Assembly: GCA_051294375.1 (NCBI GenBank)
Contig: CM119263.1
Span: 30,802,053 to 30,866,052, forward strand
Length of the DNA: 64,000 bases
From: Paraspadella gotoi
Lineage: Eukaryota; Animalia; Chaetognatha
Direction: 5' to 3'
The notes below the pieces were generated by a model. The model saw only the letters and a program-made list of their open reading frames with translations, was not told the origin of the DNA and ran no database searches. The position numbers and the translations under genes were made by a program. Shown piece after piece: positions 10,954-32,259 of the stretch; the first letter of the stretch is position 1; each line of letters starts with the position of its first letter.

Positions 10954-13003
10954 AAGAAGCCAAATCGTCTTCAGAGGAATCAGCAGCGGTAGCAGCAAAG
11001 GCACCCAGAAAAAAAGAAAGAAATCAAAAGGCAGTAGCAGAAGCAGCAGGAGAAAAGAGAGAAAAAGAAAATCCCCTGCAGAGCCAGCTGCACTCTTTTT
11101 TTTCCCCTATGTCTATGATTATGAATCAGTGACTAGGGAAAAAAGAGAGAGACATGTAATTAAAAGAGAAAAGAGAAAGAGAAAGAAATATGAAAATAAA
11201 AGAGAGACAATTTGTTTGTTTTGATAAAACGTAAACAAAACATATTTAATAACTGTCCAGACTCAATTTTAAGCACATCGATGATGAGAAGCTGTATATA
11301 AATTTTCAGCTGCAAATTTAATCATAAAAAAGGCGATCTATAATTTGGAACGCCGACGACAACCACGACGATGACAACGACGACGACGACGACGCCACTT
11401 ATGGGCAAAAGCGTTACAATATCGTTGCAAATGCTAAGCGATTGCGACGATAAAAAGCGTTACAATATCGTTGCAAATGCTAAGCGATTGCGACGATAAA
11501 AAGCGTTACAATATCGTCGCAAACGCTAAGCGATTGCGACGATAAAAAATCTGATTACTTTAAAATTAATATTTTTCCTTTTAATATTTGATATTCTCAA
11601 CGAAGGAAGTAGGCGTGGTTTATTAAGTGAGAAATAGGAGGAGTTTTATTGACATAAGAACACGTTGGGATGATAATAATTAACATACAAAATATGTAGA
11701 TTATGCAGAGAAAAGGCAGGCAATAAACAATATAACAAATAGTCCATAAGGAGTTTGATGTTAATTTCTTGAAGGTAAGTTGAAGAGTGATCTCGTTCCT
11801 TCTCTCGTTTCTCTGCCGTCGGTTTCCTGAGGGAAGCCTCCTCTCTGATTGGTCAATCAGAAGAAAAGACGGAGAAGCCAAGAGAGGCAAGTTACTTGAT
11901 AATCCATTCTCTGCGTTGTTCTTTATAGTAGATTAAAAATGTAAAAAAATTATATTGGCCTTCCGGAAGGATAGCTGGACACCTGGTGTGAAATATCTTT
12001 TCTATTTCACGCTCGTAAAGTCTAAGGTTTGCGGCTTCGCCCGTCCGAAGGAGTTAACGTGAGTCTTAAGGAAGGAAAAACGAGAGGTGTTTGAGTTTCA
12101 AAGTTTTTATTTGTACAAAAGTATGAGATAATAATTACCTTCCAAAAAATCCCGTAAAAATCTGGTTTCTTCTGGGCAAGCGAGTTTCTACTTTGGTATG
12201 AAACGGGACTAATCAGCGGAGGTAAAAATATTGACCACAAAGATATTATCAACCCAGTCACTGACGGACTCGAAACTAGACAACCTTTTTCTCACCTGGA
12301 TTGACCCAGATCCCTAAATAATAATTTCAAAGTTATTGAAAAACATGATAAATAACTGGTTAATGATTCTGAAGCTTTTAAATAAAATATGATTTTCCCT
12401 ACTGGTTTTGGAACACTAAAGTAAAAAAAATCTTATCTTTTAAACCACCTGACCTTTGTAACAAAATTTTTTTTTATTGATTTCTTTTTTAAAAAAATAT
12501 TTTTCTTATATAATTTTAAAAATTTTTTATGGAATGTCAGGAATTTTAAGTTATAAAGTGGCGCGGTATTTTTGCACAAGTGTGCATTTATAAAAATTCT
12601 AACAGGTCAAAAATGATAGAAACCTATGATAGTTGAGCTGGCCTTCCATTTAATGTGCCCTTAACAACTCCACCCTAGAAATTATAAATGATTTAAGAAA
12701 AATATTTTGGTTACCTTCAATGTGTAAGGATGGAGCCTTTCTACTACCCAGTATATCTATTCATCTGAAAATTCTGAAACTTTTAAAATATTTTTTTATA
12801 TTTTTTATATATATGTAATTGAATATTGTAAAACACATAAATTAATTAAATTTTTATTATCCACTTAAGGGGCAAGCTTCTCCGTAAAAGCATCACAGTT
12901 CTGCATCTGTTATTCGCTTCATCACGAAATTTTGACTCAAATTTTAATTTCCCTCGCAAAATTTCACATCGCAGTTGCTGAGTCCAATACGCGGTGCGTA
13001 TGA
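150..13003 (+). CDS. Divergent cyclic-nucleotide-binding-domain 6-TM cation channel (HCN/KCNH/CNG superfamily); 5' end probably outside the window
   Basis: Exons ~150-1326 (frame open from 143; acceptor ttag|g; donor AG|gtaac, phase 2), 7285-7481 (acag|C, donor A|gtgagt, phase 1) and 12870-13003 (taag|GG; stop TGA 13001-13003, or donor gtgcgt at 12994 to a phase-matching exon 14494-14644). The joins read ...KKLGNS-CLQYISNYIKSELFLPGDVIIKEGDVVFKAYYVFHGS...GSVFCEKFLYSPN-RASFSVKASQFCICYSL, a C-linker plus CNBD. Pore/S6 segment NIGGGYIKPQNVLERLFSCFLMLFG. Confidence 0.8.
1450..1500 (-). ncRNA. Minimal type I hammerhead ribozyme motif (PLE-type)
   Basis: Minus strand reads CTGATGA a GGCT-taaaggcaag-AGCC GAAAC AT GTC, with a palindromic ACATGT stem III. 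Confidence 0.65.
2596..2650 (+). ncRNA. Minimal type I hammerhead ribozyme motif (PLE-type)
   Basis: CTGATGA 2609-2615, stem II GGCT/AGCC, GAAA 2635-2638, GTC cleavage triplet 2642-2644, AATAAA just downstream. Confidence 0.65.
3288..3335 (-). ncRNA. Minimal hammerhead ribozyme motif, third copy
   Basis: Minus strand CTGATGA a GGCT-tgtatacag-AGCC GAAAC AT GTA; stem II kept while its loop has changed. Confidence 0.6.
5670..6610 (-). mobile_element. Diverged, truncated second copy of the pLTR-associated element
   Basis: 5670-5800 resembles 1600-1730 and 6305-6610 resembles 1900-2210 (shared gaaagagctcaaaatgagc and ctcctgcagccg). Confidence 0.55.
6609..6854. repeat. 31-bp minisatellite, ~8 copies
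   Basis: Unit cgctcattcattaacattaaaatatcatata. Confidence 0.9.
7285..7481 (+). CDS. Channel exon: CNBD beta-roll
   Basis: FLPGDVIIKEGDVVFKAYYVFHG is a typical CNBD motif; phase matches both neighbouring exons. Confidence 0.85.
7506..8452 (+). mobile_element. Helentron-associated (HINE/DINE-1-like) non-autonomous element, family A
   Basis: T-run start, subterminal inverted repeat gtcggatctgc (7512-7522) / gcagatccgac (8421-8431), internal (CTGT/CCGT)n tract. Confidence 0.65.
8930..9570. repeat. ~18-bp degenerate minisatellite (aacttgcatcattttttt)
   Basis: More than 30 imperfect tandem units. Confidence 0.85.
9615..9742. repeat. 128-bp perfect palindrome
   Basis: Arms are exact reverse complements centred at 9678/9679 (gtattaattaattaatac). 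Confidence 0.9.
10398..11549 (-). mobile_element. HINE-like element, family C
   Basis: subTIR atcgtcgcaatcgc (~10417-10430) / gcgattgcgacgat (11530-11544), (GAC)n tract; 5' 46-47 bp unit triplicated at 11408-11548; a matching 3' end of another copy lies at 24-63 on +. Confidence 0.55.
12870..13003 (+). CDS. Channel exon: CNBD C-terminal strands and helices
   Basis: RASFSVKASQFCICYSLHHEILTQIL aligns with the canonical RRTASVRAxTYCxLYSL motif; phase 1 acceptor. Confidence 0.7.
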
Positions 13004-13614
13004 AATGTGATAAAATCACAAATCACATAAGCTGATAGTCTAATCAAGTAAACGGTACAGAGTTTGGAAATCTAAATAAAAGTGTTTTACTATCTAGGAT
13101 AAAAGTATCACATTTTTAGAGAAGGATACCTAATCGAATACTTATTCGATTTTTAAAAAATCAGAATGTTTCAGAATCTATCTTAAATTTTCTTTCAGCA
13201 GCTTTCTTCCATTTTTTCATTGGTCGAATTTTTTAGATATTAGAGGTAAAAAAAGATCGCTACCTCAAGGCAAAAAAAATTAGATTTAGTTTTCCACCAC
13301 TTTTAGTATTAAACTATTTGTTATTAGTTTGAATTGAATTAATTATTTTTAATTTTTTTTTTATTTTGGGAATGCCAAAGATACTGCACCTCTCTTTGGT
13401 TCATAAAAATAATATTGTAGCTCTCAGAAAAGAGGGAAAGACGCGTAACATTAGTAGCGGGGCTGAAAAAATTTTATTAATGGTGTGGAAAAACATTTTA
13501 CCGTCATACCTAAATTCGCTGTATGAGAGCATGCCCTGACAAATGTAGACAGTCGTCGATGCCGAGAAAGGTTATACCAAATATTGAGAATGTTTTACCC
13601 ATATTTTGTATATT

Positions 13615-14304
13615 TGTAGTCGGGCATTGCCTAGGTTCACCCCGCCTATAAGCATGACTCTTTCAGTTGTGACCCGGTGGCTCATTGAGTAAAGCCATCA
13701 GCTCATGACCACTAGGTACTAGTTTCAATCCCAACCCGGTACCTACCCTGTGGGAAGAGTGAAGACGGCCATAAGCCGCCTTGGGGGCGTGGCAAACCCT
13801 CAAGCCTGGTTCCAAGCCCAGGACCCTTTCCATGTCTGCTAGAGGGGGTTATAGAAGTTATGGATAGTCATCTTCTGCCTACTTAGCGCCTTATCCATAC
13901 TGGTGAGCCCATCCTGTCGAACGTATTCCAACCTTCTGATTCCAGGCCCATGGATGTGCCGAAGATTGCTCCCCTCCCTCCACCGGAAGCAGTGCAGGGT
14001 GGGTTACAATCTGGGGGGCATGTAGTCGGGCATTGCCTAGGTTCACCCACCTATAAGCATGACTCTTTCAGATGTGACCTGGTGGCTCATTGAGTAAAGC
14101 CATCAGCTTATGACCACTAAGTACTGGGTTCAATCCCAATCCGGTACTTACCCTGCGGGAAGAGTGGAGACGGCCGTAGGCCGCCTTGGGGGCGTGGCAA
14201 ACCCTCAAGCCTGGTTCCAAGCCCAGGACCCGTTCCATGTCTGCTCGAGGGGGTTATAGAAGTTATGGATAGTCATCTTCTACCCACTTAGCGCCTTATC
14301 CACA
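13615..14304 (+). mobile_element. Complete TRIM (non-autonomous LTR retrotransposon) with a tRNA-like sequence in each LTR, Helenus-like
   Basis: LTR1 13615-13899 (TG...TA), LTR2 14021-14304 (TG...CA), PBS tggtgagcccat at 13901, PPT ggggggca at 14013-14020, 4-bp TSD TATT (13611-13614 / 14305-14308); A box tggctcattgagt in both LTRs and B box ggttcaatcc (intact in LTR2, gtttcaatcc in LTR1). Confidence 0.85.
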
Positions 14305-14493
14305 TATTTTTTATTGAATAAATGAACTTTTCAACAATTATGTAATATACTTTTTACCTAGATAGTACTTCAAAAATGCAGAATAAAGTAAAATGCAATT
14401 ATTGATCAAAAATACATTTTCTATACTACAATGAATAATATTTTTGAAATTACATAAGGACTAAACTATCCCGTTTCATCTTTCTTGCATTAG

Positions 14494-14644
14494 CTCAATA
14501 ATTTACGGATTCACTATCACCGAGAAGAGTAGCCTAACTACTGATTCCACGGAATGTAATAACCAAGATATCATCAAAAACTTGGAAATTGAAGCAAACT
14601 TTAACGAGGTTCTCAAAAAATTTATTTACAATTCAATGATTTAA
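14494..14644 (+). CDS. Possible terminal exon of the channel gene
   Basis: Polypyrimidine ttag|C acceptor, phase 2, matches donor CG|gtgcgt at 12994; reads SIIYGFTITEKSS...NSMI*; no family motif. Confidence 0.3.
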
Positions 14645-16087
14645 TACTATATAATATATAGTATATATTGATGTATTGATGAATGCCCGACCGAGGTCTT
14701 CAAAACCGACTATCATTAATCTTTTTAAATTTTACGGTTGCATTGATATTAGATATACTGTCACGAAATGTGAGAAACGCGAAAAATCATACAGTACTTT
14801 TCGCTAAAAAAAATTTATGATAATCGAAAACGTATTCCAGTTATTGAGCTCCCCCTCTCAAAAATTCTTGACGGATGGTACTTTGTAGTAGACATTTTTG
14901 GATAATATCAAATCATTTATTCTTTTACTAAGTCGTACGAAAAACCCTTCGCGGTTGTCAAGTCAAGACTTTTCTCGATATTTCAACAGCGACACGAGTT
15001 CTTTGAAAAACTTGCTTGGAAATTCGTCCATTCCGGTCGTTAGGAAATGTTCTTTTTTTTAGCATTGTATCTTTTTATTGTCAGTGTGTAATTAAAAGAA
15101 CTAGAAATATAAAATGAAATTTACTAATCTGGTTTTAAATGAAATAAATAAAAACACTTTTGAAGAGACAGAAATAATTATTCTGAGTAAGTGACAGATT
15201 CATTAAATATAAGCAGTCCAAGAGCTCCGGATCAGGCTGTAACACCGTGTGCAGTAGACCTTTCCATATATGAAAAGTTTTGAAATCAAAAAACGAGTAT
15301 TGTGTAAAATTTTTTGAACATTTAAAAAAAAAAATCACAGTAAATGCTGCCAACTTTGAAAAAAATGACAAAAAATGGTGAAAAAAGGACTTTTTGCTAA
15401 ATATCTTTAAAAGCTTTATTGCTAGAGGGACGAAACCCAAACTATCTTTTAGAGCGGAAAAAATTGATTATGTTACATACCTTGCATTATAAACTAAGTT
15501 AGTTTTTTACTAAAATTTTTTTTTTAAAACCTATTGTTTTGGGCAATTTTTGATACAATTTTTTAAAAAAGAATATTTTTAACAATGTTCGTAAAATATT
15601 TTTTAAAAAAAATTACAGCGAATTGAATAAAGAGATAATTGCCTTTGTTTTGCTGAGAGAATTTTTAAAAAAGGATTATCGGGTAAAAAGTTATAATTTT
15701 TTTAAATTTAAAAAAAAACTTTTCTTAATAATTATTTTTATTTAATAGGTTTGAACTAGGCTAAAGGGAAAAAGGGAATGCACTTTTCTCAGAGTAAATA
15801 AAAAATATTAAATTCTGATTGGACAATGGGTAACTTTAATATTTTGTCGCACCAGGTCATTAAAGTTTTTTTTAATTTTTATCATTTTATAATGGAATTA
15901 TGACTTTTAAATAAGGTATTTTTAAAATTTTTTTTTCTATATAAAATAAAAAAAAATTGACAAAAGCGATTAAATGATTAAAAATTGATGAGACAAAAAG
16001 AGTAAAATTAATGAAAGTTAAGCAACTGAGAGAAGAGTTGCTTGCTGCTTACCGATCAAGAAAAAAAAGTCATCGTCTATAGTGCCA

Positions 16088-19000
16088 CACGGTTCTTTTT
16101 ATAGGAGGAAAAAGAAAATGGAAATATACCATCTCTGGAATGATAAAAACCTGAAAGGTTGCTGTCTGGACAAGAGCTTAGGCTAAGTCGAAAAATTTGT
16201 CCAAACTCAGTTTTTTTTTAAATTGTAGTTGAAGTTGGTAAGTTAATTTTTGAGATAATTTGATAACTTTTGTACTAATTTTGCAAAATATAGACTCAAT
16301 TCAAACATCTATATGTCAAACGATATCAGTAAACCGAGAGCTTTAATTTAAGACCACTCCCAACTTTCTCCGACTTTTGGTTAAAAAGTTATTAATCAAA
16401 ATATTTTTTTTTCTTTAAAAAAGTAATGAAATGGTGAGTATTATTGAGAATATAATAAGACTTTAATCTAAAAAATTGAGGATACCAACGAGTTCTATAG
16501 ACAGTCTTCTTTCAATTAATTCATAAATAAAATTTTTCTTCAAGCTTAAATATAGGTACATCATCCCCCCAAAAATTTAAAAAAATATAAATTAAATTTG
16601 TAAATAATTTACATAATGATTTTATATAATTTTACTTAATATATATGGACTAGAAACTATAGGATGTGACCTTCATTTTGAGCCTATTGCCAACTCTTTA
16701 CGATAAATATTTATTGAGATACTACCAAAGAAAGCCCCAAAAATCTTTAAAAAATGTAATTTTTAATTTATTTAAGTCATATCTCGGTGGATATATAACT
16801 TATTTTAAGTCAAATGATTTTATTCAGCTGATTAAAGTGTAAGGCACATATTAAATACCATTAGTAGGGATTAGCAGTATTCGACGAAATTTTTATTTTT
16901 TCTATCGGCCGAAAAATAATAGGGAATTTCATTCCAAAAAACAAGGCTTTTTGAAATATTTACTGTATGGAAAATACTAAAAAGAAAAATTTTATTTTTT
17001 AAATATAGGTACTGTAAGGGTAAGTCTAACTAAAACCGAAAAAGAATCTTTCAAATAAGAAAAATATTGGAATAGTACAGAAAGCAATATTTATTTTTAT
17101 TGTTGCGCAAAAACTAGGCTTTCCTCGCAAAACCTCTGGTTACAGGAGATGCAAATGGGTTTTCTCTCAACATATTGATCATCATTGATTCCCAAAATGA
17201 TGCGCAAAAATGCGCCAGCAGCAGTTCTGGCGATAGTCATTTTATATCATCTTCCTATTGTATATTAAGGCCTATGAATCATCAATATGTATGAAACTGA
17301 TATAATATATTTATTATGATCTTAAGATTTATCATGCCTTTTTTCTGCCTACAACAATTCCTCCTTTGCTAAATATACATGATACCTATAATTATTATAA
17401 TGGGTAATATCTTTATTCATAGTCTTTTTTTTAACCAAGTTCAAATATAAACCTAAAGGACCATTGTTGATCCACAATTTCTGATACTTTTAATACAATT
17501 GGTCCACTGAATTTTATGTAGTATATCTTTGTTTCTTTTTATCTATGATTTGAGTTTTATTTTCGGTATTCGTTTTTTCTTTGATTTTAAAGAATCAAAA
17601 CCGAAAAGTAATCGACTTAGAATCGGAGATTGTATAAAAATAAAAGAGAAAAGAAAAGGGAGGAAAGGGAAAGAGATGAGGGATAAAGTGCGCGCAGTTT
17701 TACGTCAATTTACGCCATTCTACGCCAAAGCATCTTAACTTAATAGCTTTATTTGGAAAATGAAAAAAAGTTTTTACGCCACAAAATTAAATGATATTAA
17801 TATGGTTTTCTGTTCATTTTACGCCATTCTACGCCAAACTTTGTATAAAGAAAGCTGGAAAAATATTTAAATCAACTTAACTGAGTATTTTTTACTAGAA
17901 AATAAACAAAAAGTCTTTACGCCACAGAATTAGATAATATTTATATCGTTTTTTGTTCATTTCACGCCATTTTACGCCACAATTCTTTTCCAAATTTAAA
18001 TATAAACATTTACACTTATTTAATATATATTTAAAATTTTTTTTTGAAAAATCATTAACGCCACATATTTAACTAGGAAATAATACGTTTTGGCGTACTT
18101 TTTACGCACCACAGCGCCAACAAACATGTAAAAAAAAAGAAATCAAATCGCAATCCAATACTACTATGTATTTTTAATCAAAAAAAAGCGTTTTCCAAAA
18201 TTTTGGTTGAATATCCTTGAGAGCAGTAAGGGGCAGAAACGTTACTCCAAATTGACGTAAATCAGTTGGCGTAAATCAAATATTTAAAAGTCAAACTTGG
18301 AATTAACGATTAAAGTACACTTCGATTGGCTTAATATAAGGTTTAAAACCATCCAATAAAGAAAATCAGTATTTTTAAAAATTTTGTGCAATACCCTACC
18401 ATTAGTTGTATTAATTAATTAATTAATTAATTTTCAGACAATTTTACCAAATTTACATATACTTTTGGTTTTTACAGCAACAAAGTACTAAAACAGGTAA
18501 ATAAAAATTGATGATAAAATATGTAAGCCAAAAGACCTTAGAATGTATTATATAGGTTTAAAAATTTTTCTCATAAAGATTTAATGATATAAGACAATAA
18601 AAAAATTTTAAAAATTATATATATAAATTAAAGATTGAAGAAAAATAATGATATACAGTTAGTTTTTTATGATTATTGTAGTGCTTGTAGTAGTAGTCGT
18701 GGTAGTAGGGGTCTCAGTGGTTGAGATTTTTTTGTTGGTATGGAATAATTTTTTTTGGTCATTATAATTGTTGTGGTCAATATTTTTATCATGGTTGTTA
18801 TTATAATTATAATATATTTTAAATAGATATCATATAGTAGTCATAGTAGGTGGTTGTAGCTATTATATCTGTAATAGAACTGAGAATTATGGTATGAATG
18901 TTGTGATTGTTTAGAGTGTAGGAAATGTTTTTATAATATAAAATTTTTTTTTAAATTTACCTACTCTTTTAAGTAACTAAAACTTTTAATAATTAGTGGT

Positions 19001-20100
19001 TTAAGAATATGGCTATCTTTTTATAATATAGAATCATGATAAATAATAAAAAACTAACTGTAATATCATTATTTTTCTTCAATCTTTAATTATATATATA
19101 ATTTTTTTATTTTTTTATTGTCCTTATATCATTAAATATTATGAGAAAAATTTTTAAACCTATATAATACATTCTAAGGTCTTTTGGCTTACAGATTTTA
19201 TCATCAATTTTTATTTACCTGTTTTAGTACTTTGTTGCTGTAAAAACCAAAAGTATATGTAAATTTGGTAAAAATTGTCTGAAAATTAAGTGTCCTGATT
19301 AAATTATGATAAAATAATACAACTAATGGTATTTAATATGTGCCTTACACTTTAATCTGCTGAATAAAATCATTTGACTTAAAATAAGTTATATATCCAC
19401 CGAGATATGACTTAAATAAATTAAAAATTACATTTTTTAAAGATTTTTGGGGCTTTCTTTGGTAGTATCTCAATAAATATTTATCGTAAAGAGTTGGCAA
19501 TAGGCTCAAAATGAAGGTCACATCCTATAGTTTCTAGTCCATATATATTAAGTAAAATTATATAAAATCATTATGGTAAATTATTTACAAATTTAATTTA
19601 TATTTTTTTAAATTTTTTTGGGATAATGTACCTATATTTAAGCTTGAAGAAAAATTTTATTTATGAATTAATTGAAAGAAGACTGTCTATAGAACTTGTT
19701 GGTATCCTCAATTTTTTAGATTAAAGTCTTATTATATTCTCAATAATACTCACCATTTCATTACTTTTTTAAAGAAAAAATAATATATTTTGATTAATAA
19801 CTTTTTAACCAAATATCAGAGAAAGTTGGGAGTGGTCTTAAATTAAAGCTCTCGGTTTACTGATATCGTTTGACATATAGATGTTTGAATTGAGTCTATA
19901 TTTTGCAAAATTAGTATAAAAGTTATCAAATTTTCTCAAAAATTAACTTACCAACTTCAACTGCAATTTAAAAAAAAACTGAGTTTGGACAAATTTTTCG
20001 ACTTAGCCAAGCTCTTGTCCAGACAGCAACCTTTCAGGTTTTTATCATTCCAGAGATGGTATATTTCCATTTTCTTTTTCCTCTCTATAAAAGAACCGTG
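16088..20100. mobile_element. Non-autonomous foldback DNA transposon with CACGG...CCGTG termini and 4-bp TSD (Chapaev/CMC-like)
   Basis: TSD GCCA (16084-16087 / 20101-20104); left TIR 16088-16865 plus 18398-18670 mirrors right TIR 19045-20100 (~1 kb); no ORF. Confidence 0.8.
16866..18397. mobile_element. Nested non-autonomous DNA transposon inserted in the left TIR of the foldback
   Basis: Direct duplication accattagt (16857-16865 / 18398-18406), short imperfect TIR agggattagca / tgcaataccct, ~10 subterminal (t)tacgcca motifs at 17700-18275. Confidence 0.7.
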
Positions 20101-20573
20101 GCCAAAGAAAGAAAGAAACAACTGAGTGGAATTATAATTTGTGAAATATATTGCCTAATCAAAGGTTGTAAAAGACTTGGAAAAATATATTAAGCTTGTT
20201 TATTTATTTATTCCACAGGGATGCTCTAACGTTATTATATTACAGAACTCTTAGTTTTTACCTTGTTCCGCCTTAGTGAATATATCGCCACACATGGCCT
20301 TTTTTCTAAGAACGAAATAGGTTAATTTTTGAAGTTAAATATTAGGTTAAAGGTTAGGAATTAGGTCATGAATTAGGTTAGTATTTAAGGTTAGGGATTA
20401 GGTTATATATTTAAGAATATATTTAGATTAAATATTAAGATTGAAATTAAATTCTGGTATAAAGGAACAGAAAAAAGGTCGCTCTGAAAAAAAAGGAAAA
20501 CACTTTTTGACAGTTTTACTCTTGTTTTATTTCAACTTTTTAAAATCTTCTTGCAGATACAATTTGAAGGAGA

Positions 20574-20615
<42 letters not shown>

Positions 20616-20732
20616 AAATAAAAATATCGGTTATGTTCGTCTTAGTATCATTCGTGTTGTAATACTATTAAAAACTATTAGCTAAAGAAAATAATCAATT
20701 AGCCAGAAATTGTAAACAAAGATTTGACAATA

Positions 20733-21690
20733 CATGGTGACAATTTTACAAGCGCCGGTAGAAATACGCTGTCATATTCAAACCAGTGGTTATTTCATTG
20801 ATTTTAAAATTTAGTTGAGTAGAAAATACTAAAACAATTTATGTGTTAAAATTTTATATTGATCAGTTAAGATATGCCTTGACAATGAGTAGAGAAAGTT
20901 GGCTTGTAAAATCGGGTTTCATTTTCCAACTCACTTTTTTAGATTCAATTTTTTTCTCTTACTTTCAGTAAGTTTTCTGAAGAAATTTGAAATAAAATAA
21001 TATTAATTTTATTATCTTCTGAAAGCCCTTTTAAATCTAAAAAGAATGACATACTTACAAATACTGTAGTATAAAATTTAACTGGCCCAGCTTTAATTCA
21101 ATTAGGATACTCAAAAACGAGACATCTTTTTAAAAATCAATAGCTGGAGAGTAAATTTATGATATTTATCAAATTGTGATTGGCTATTTTAAATCCTTTT
21201 TTCTCAGGCTCTTTCATGATACTTATATAAATAATAATATTTTATGTTATAATAATTTAAACAGGTCATATATTTTGAAAAAAGATTTAAAATTTTAAAT
21301 AATTCACTTTTGACACTCTTAATTGAACCAAGGCTGGGCAGCTCACTTTTTAAGTTAGAGCTTTCATAAGTATATCATTCTCTTCATATTTTTAAGGGCT
21401 TTCTGAGGATATTAATATTGTTAATATTCTAATAAACACTTTGTTTAAAAAAGTGCTAAAAGTTTTAAAAAAAATTAAATTTAAAAACAGTGAGTTGGAA
21501 AATGAAACCCGATTTTACAAGCCTACTTTCTCACTCATTGTCAAGGTATATCTTAACTGATCAATATAAAATTTGAACACATAAATAGTTTTAGTATTTT
21601 CTACTCAACTAATTTTTAAAATCAATGAAATAACCACTGGTTTGCAAATGACAGCATATTTCTACCGGCGCTTGTAAAATTGTCACCATG
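20733..21690. mobile_element. Tc1/mariner-type MITE with long TIRs and TA TSD
   Basis: ta|catggtgacaattttacaagcgccggtagaaa ... tttctaccggcgcttgtaaaattgtcaccatg|ta; arms complementary over more than 200 bp. Confidence 0.8.
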
Positions 21691-21753
21691 TAGTCTTGTT
21701 ATTATTTTAAGCAGGAGACAGATTAAGAGAGGGGAAAGCGAGAGAGAGAGAGA

Positions 21754-21830
<77 letters not shown>

Positions 21831-22192
21831 GGGATATTTTTAAATAATAGCTAAGAATTGAATGCCAGAAGAAAAGTAATGAAATGGAGAAGAAATAATA
21901 ATTTAATCATGTTGAAATAGCACTGTACTTCGATGACTTCTGTCTTCTTTTGAGGTGCAACCATGAAAACATTTAAAACATCTAAAACATTTAAAACATT
22001 TAAAACATTTAACGTCATGCTAGCAATCAGCGAACAAAGAATCATAAGGAATTATATTTTGACGGTTTGCTTAAAATAAGTGTCACAAAGGGGTTTGTCT
22101 TGTCACGGAACTTTCACTGTGAAAAACAGAAACACACGTCGACTGATCATTCGTTAATTCTAATCTAATTAGAATAAAATTGAATGCGGGAG

Positions 22193-22251
<59 letters not shown>

Positions 22252-22327
22252 CAACATGACCTTTTTGTAATTCGAACTACATTACACTTGATCTTTTAAT
22301 TAATTATTGATACATTTGAAACAAAAA

Positions 22328-31347
<9,020 letters not shown>

Positions 31348-31355
31348 CCAAATCG

Positions 31356-31659
31356 GGCTTTATTTTCCCAAAGCGACCCAGTTTATATCTTAAATCTGGA
31401 ATATAATTAGTTTTTAATTTAATAATCTGGGTTAGAGGTTAGAGTTAAGGATTAGGTTAAGGATTAAGATTAGGATTAGGATGATATGGATTAGGTTTAA
31501 AGGTCAGGGTAATGATTAGGTCAGGGTAAGGGAATAGGCTAAGGAATTATGGTTAGGGTTAGTTTATGGGTTTGGTTATAGATTAAGGTCGAATATTATG
31601 ATTAAAATTAAATCCCGGTATTTATGAACTGAAATGGGGCGCATTTGGAGAAGAGAGCC
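31356..31659. mobile_element. MITE-like element with imperfect GGC-start TIRs and a degenerate (TTAGGG)-like core; relatives at ~20296-20496, ~29094-29250, ~35336-35608 and ~38102-38320
   Basis: ggctttattttcccaaagcgacccagttt versus the reverse complement of aaatggggcgcatttggagaagagagcc, enclosing ggttag/ggttaag tracts. Confidence 0.55.
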
Positions 31660-31929
31660 AATAAATGGATGTGACTACGACTTCTTCCCTCCCATTTGCT
31701 AAATCCCATTTTCGAAGTGGTCTAACGAATCAATCTTGTGTCCCGGATGTCCCCATTTTTATTTGGCCAAGCGAGTCGGAGCTGGAAGAAAGCGAACGCT
31801 GAGTGTCTCACACATTTAAAGTCATTCGGTGAGATACGCCCCGGACAATCATTGCAATAACAATACCGCCAAAAAGTTTTTGTTATCAATCGTTACGTGA
31901 TTGCAGCTTGTCCTTTGCAAGGTTGCATT

Positions 31930-32022
31930 TCATCCAGCACGTCATGCTTAATTGTAGCTCGTTGCTGGGGATCGAACCAGGGACCTTAGCCCACTGTCGA
32001 GAACTGCCCTTTACCATCTGGT
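31930..32022 (-). mobile_element. tRNA-derived SINE-like head fragment
   Basis: Minus strand gatggtaaagggca...gtccctGGTTCGATCCccagc contains a B box but no complete cloverleaf. Confidence 0.4.
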
Positions 32023-32259
32023 TTCATTTATAAGTCGTCGCAAAAATATCAATAATTCTGAGTTTCAAAAATTCCGTCCTTTGGTGTTCAGTGTATTCGT
32101 TATCATTTGTACAGTTAGTTTCTTTTTGGTATTATTTACCAAATTAAATTTATCTTCTCGTAATTTCTTTTGCTAATCTCAGTCGAGCGTCTTGACCGAT
32201 TTCCCGAGGCTGAACCCATGAATCTGTCATCTTCGTTTTCATGCAATGTTGTTTGTTGG

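Noticed and set aside
13670-13742. Functional tRNA gene (CAT anticodon-like)
   Set aside because: Anticodon and acceptor stems pair poorly and the unit sits inside an LTR
31430-31590. True telomere or chromosome fusion site
   Set aside because: Tracts are short, degenerate, recurrent and bounded by TIR-like sequence
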